64,000 bases of DNA from the human T2T-CHM13v2.0 reference genome, Homo sapiens. The notes below the pieces were generated by a model. It worked only from the letters and a program-made list of their open reading frames with translations. It had not been told where the DNA came from and made no database searches. Of this stretch, positions 59,801 through 64,000 are shown piece by piece. Where the stretch lies: NCBI RefSeq assembly GCF_009914755.1, contig NC_060935.1; one strand, 5' to 3'. The stretch's first letter is position 1. Every line of letters begins with the position of its first letter. Both the position numbers and the translations under genes were made by a program.

Positions 59801-61100
59801 ATCTGCCTCGGTCTGCCCAACTCCTCCTGCGAAATTTTACACTCAGTATGCAGGAAGCCTCGCTCAAAATCTGACACTCCTCCACGCCCTTGGTCCCCAA
59901 ATCCATTCCTTCTCTTTGTTTTCCAACCCGAGAACCCCTCGTTTTCCCCGCTCAGCCTTCCCCACCCCGCTTGTCCCCCGCACACAGCAGGGCCGCTCCG
60001 AGACTTGTCCACTCAGCAAGAGCAGAGCTGAGAATCAGCCAGGGACGCCAGCTGAAGGCCCTTCTCCCAAATTAAGGAAATAATTGTTGAGGGCTTAACT
60101 TCACGCCCCTCCCCGCCTTCCTAAGTAAAATGTGTACAAGGAGTGAGTCTGAGTCTCAGCCGCTGTCCCTTAATTTGGTTATCATGGCTATTTTCAGCCT
60201 ATTAGGGCAATGCAAAGGGTACAGTGTGGATTTTTTCCAGCTTTAAAATTTATTTTGGCCAGGGTTTAGATCCCGCAGAGTTAAGTATCCCGCGTGTGAA
60301 GGGATGAACTGAGACTCCCAGAGGGCATAACTGATGGAGGCACGAAGATGTCTGCTCTTCAGCTTTGCCAAGGTGATATTAAAATGAGAGTGGGGGAAGT
60401 ATAATGGGTCCATACATCACTTGCCTGATTTCTTCTTTTCCATTGCTTTTCCAAAGGTAGTATGGTGTAAGGGGCTTTGGGGAATCCAGACAGACCTGGA
60501 CTTCACACGCCCGTCATTTATTTCACTACTAGTGAAATGCTGGCGTAGTTACGCCTAAGTTCTCTGAGACTGTCCCTCATCTCTAAAACCACCCCTCCTC
60601 TGGTGAACTAAGGATGGCGATAACGCTTTATGTAAAGTGCCTGGCCAGATACTCAATAAATGTTAATTTTCCAAGCTTATACATGCATCAGTCACTAAGT
60701 TCTCCAAACATTTCCATATCCTGGAGAAAGTTTCTCTCAATTATTTGGAAGAGTGGAAGTGATATGCCCCGCCCCAAAAAAATCCATTTCCTCCATTCTT
60801 CATACCATTAATGCCTTCTATTTATGGTTTTGCTTAATAGTTATAACCCCTGCCACCCAGCCAACAAAACGGAACAACAGCAACAAAAAACTCTGCCTAC
60901 ATCTCTGTGCTTCCAAATTGTTTATGCATATGCTTAGAAGAACATTTATTGAATTGGATTTCAAGTACTTGTTCTGTGTCTCTCTCGTCAAACTGTAAAC
61001 TCTCAGTCTGACTCATCTTTCTAATTTCAGGGCTTAGCAAGTTATTCAACAACTAGAAAGTTTAAATTCAGGTTGAATGGATGAATGAAGACAGAATAAT
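59700..61100 (+). ncRNA. FBXO3-DT: Probable divergent lncRNA from the FBXO3 promoter (exon structure not determined)
   Basis: Based on recall of the locus annotation and on the CpG island extending upstream. No independent sequence evidence for the boundaries. Confidence 0.3.
60460..60670. mobile_element. MIR relic
   Basis: cagacagacctgg ... tgtaaagtgcctggc..actcaataaatgtta. Confidence 0.6.
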
Positions 61101-61333
61101 CATTTCTGTTTACAAGGGAACCATACCTTTTTACATAGACAAATGCTTGTAAAAGTATTTGATCCTGATTTATGTTTGTCTCCATTTTCTACTTCAGATG
61201 GGCCACCTGTTTTAAATCCAAAAGCTGGTAGGAGTTTCAGGTACACTGCATTTGCTTCTGCTGTCCTATTGCACTTGGACTTGGTGCAGCTATGACCTAA
61301 TGCAGAAGACAAAGTATGAAGCTACCAAACTGT

Positions 61334-61560
61334 CAGGGCCAGAACTAAGGTGAGGCAAGAAAGCTACTTGCTTGGGGCACAAATTTAAGAAGAGGTGCCA
61401 AAAAACTGAATAATCAAATAAATAACATTTTAATGCAATATTTTTAAAAATAAAAATTAATGCAAAAAAAATTCACAGTGAACAAAATACCAAACTCTTA
61501 AACAAAAACAGGATCCCACAGTGCCATGTAAGCCATATTAGAGCCTGATGCAAAAAGAAA
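61334..61560. mobile_element. Old hAT-type DNA transposon fragment (family not assigned)
   Basis: cagggccagaacta..gtgaggc terminus, caaatttaag...aaaaactgaataatcaa. Confidence 0.45.
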
Positions 61561-61589
61561 AAACAATGCGCAGCACTAAATACATGCTT

Positions 61590-61895
<306 letters not shown>

Positions 61896-62394
61896 CAGGT
61901 GGAAGACTTGCTTCTCCCATGTGGCTGGGCTTACAGCTTCTGCCATGCGCTCTCAGCACCTCTTTTCCAGGCTGCTAAGCCCTGCCACTTCCTACCTTGC
62001 AAAGTGCCATCAGGTTGCCATCCCCTGCTGCACTAGCCCAGGCCCCTCTGGAGAGGTGGCTTTGGCTCAGGCTCCACTTTTCTCCCCAGCATGGTATGAG
62101 GCATGTGGTAGAGGTTGGGGGAGCAATGCAGGTAGGCAGGACCCAGGAGAGCCCTTTCCTGGGCCGGGGCTTCCTATTGCCCTTCCCCCACCCCCTGCCA
62201 CCCTGCCCCCAATACTGGCTGGAAAAGGGGTAGGTAGGAAGAGAGAGTCCAGAATTTGGCTATTCACATCCCCAGGGCTAAGCTTGGGTGGAAGAAACAG
62301 TCCCTCCAAGTTTGCTCATTGTTTTGGAAGCTGGTTTCTAAAGAGTTTCACTAAAATAGTATTTGCTTATCATTTTAATTTCTATGGTAGATCA

Positions 62395-62724
<330 letters not shown>

Positions 62725-64000
62725 TCAGAAGGTTCTAACAGAAGGGTTCAGATGTAGAATTTTTTTTTTAAAAAAAAGGTTTCTCCTTTTCTCAGGAGTA
62801 GAGAGGGACAATGCTTGAGAAATACACAGTCTTACGTGTTTCCTTTAGAACCCCAGTGGCATCTTATTTATGATGAGTAGCTCCTAGCAACAACACCCTA
62901 CCTCTTGGTAATCAATCGTAGTTTCATCGGCTTTGAGGTTCCCACTGGCTGTTTAGGTAAATCCTTCAGACATTAACTCCTATCAAGTACAAGCATCCGG
63001 GCTCAGGACTGTGAGAGATCAAGCTGAACACAGTGCCATACCTGCCCTTGAGAAAGTGACAGACACTCCCTAACGGTTTGGTTGGGGAGAGGCAAATTCA
63101 AATGGCCCTGGAGACTCATTTTCTCACCTGTTTTCATGGTTTAGCAACTCGCTGCCTCAGCAGATCTGAGTTAGCTTGGAGGCAAAACAGGATGCTCTAG
63201 AAGTTCCTACTAAATGGCAGCCTAGAGGTGCCCCGAATCCCCGGCTTCCACCTCAGCATTTGTAAAACAGAGTTTAAGATCCTTCTGTATCGAACTCTGC
63301 GAGATGAACCCAGCCTAGGCACATTTCTCAGCGGGACAGGGAAGCTGGGGGCTGGGATGGATGGTGGGATGGGGAAATGGGGTTGCTTACATGCTCCTCC
63401 TTCTCTGCTTGTATCCCCCTCCCCCACCCAAGTTGTATTTATACCACATGGCATTGGTAGTGTGTGTCTGTGGCCCCTGAAAGGCAGTCGCACGCATGAA
63501 GGTTAAACTCCACTTTGCCTCGGTGCTAAGTGTTTTTGGAACTGCCCATTGTCCAACTGGGCCTTCCCAGGGACAAAAGCATTCTCTCCCAGGGGGCCCT
63601 GTCACCCAAGCCCCAGTGTCAGCAATCCTGGTTGTGCTGAGGCAGCCCTCGCATTTGGGAACCCAGAAGATAAAAGGGTGGGAGGATCATGGTGGGACTG
63701 CTGGGCACTAATTCCCCCAAACAAGTGTGACACCCAAGGAAAACCCTGGGCCGCAAGACTGCCAGTGATTGGTAAAAAGGAGACCCGCCCCTGTGGAGCC
63801 CAGGAATATTCAGGAGAATTACGCTTTATGGCTGAAAACAGGGAGAAGGATAAAATTGCAGGGATGAGTGGAGATTAGGGGCTGCTACTGCTACTCACTC
63901 AGAAAAGCAGCCAGGCTGATGGGGTGACACAAAAATCTGGAATGGATTTAGCTGCTCTTATGCAGCAAAACCACAGACAAACTCACGGCTAACGGGAAGC

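Overview
Primate (human-like) genomic DNA that I recognise as the CD59-FBXO3 locus (human 11p13). Both genes are on the minus strand, head to tail. FBXO3 is complete: 11 coding exons from 59506 to 26918, 1416 nt = 471 aa plus stop. I checked every junction as GT-AG with consistent phase. A read-through stop after exon 10 gives a 415-aa form. About 5.5 kb past the FBXO3 stop lies the CD59 CpG-island promoter and non-coding exon 1. These are followed by a 45-nt optional 5'UTR exon, the signal-peptide exon and the first LU-domain exon; the last CD59 exon falls outside the window. The rest is intron or intergenic sequence dense in Alu, L1, MaLR LTR and DNA-transposon relics; repeat boundaries and subfamilies are by eye and approximate. 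Most notable observations: (1) an AUG in CD59 exon 1 opens an out-of-frame ORF overlapping the CD59 CDS for at least 82 codons, and both alternative 5'UTR splicing events insert an early stop into it; (2) splicing FBXO3 exon 10 to CD59 exon 2 would give an in-frame fusion; (3) the FBXO3 3'UTR holds a degenerate repeat with mutually exclusive 11-bp stems; (4) a possible decayed CD59-like exon lies upstream of FBXO3. None of these has been checked against databases, so novelty is unverified.
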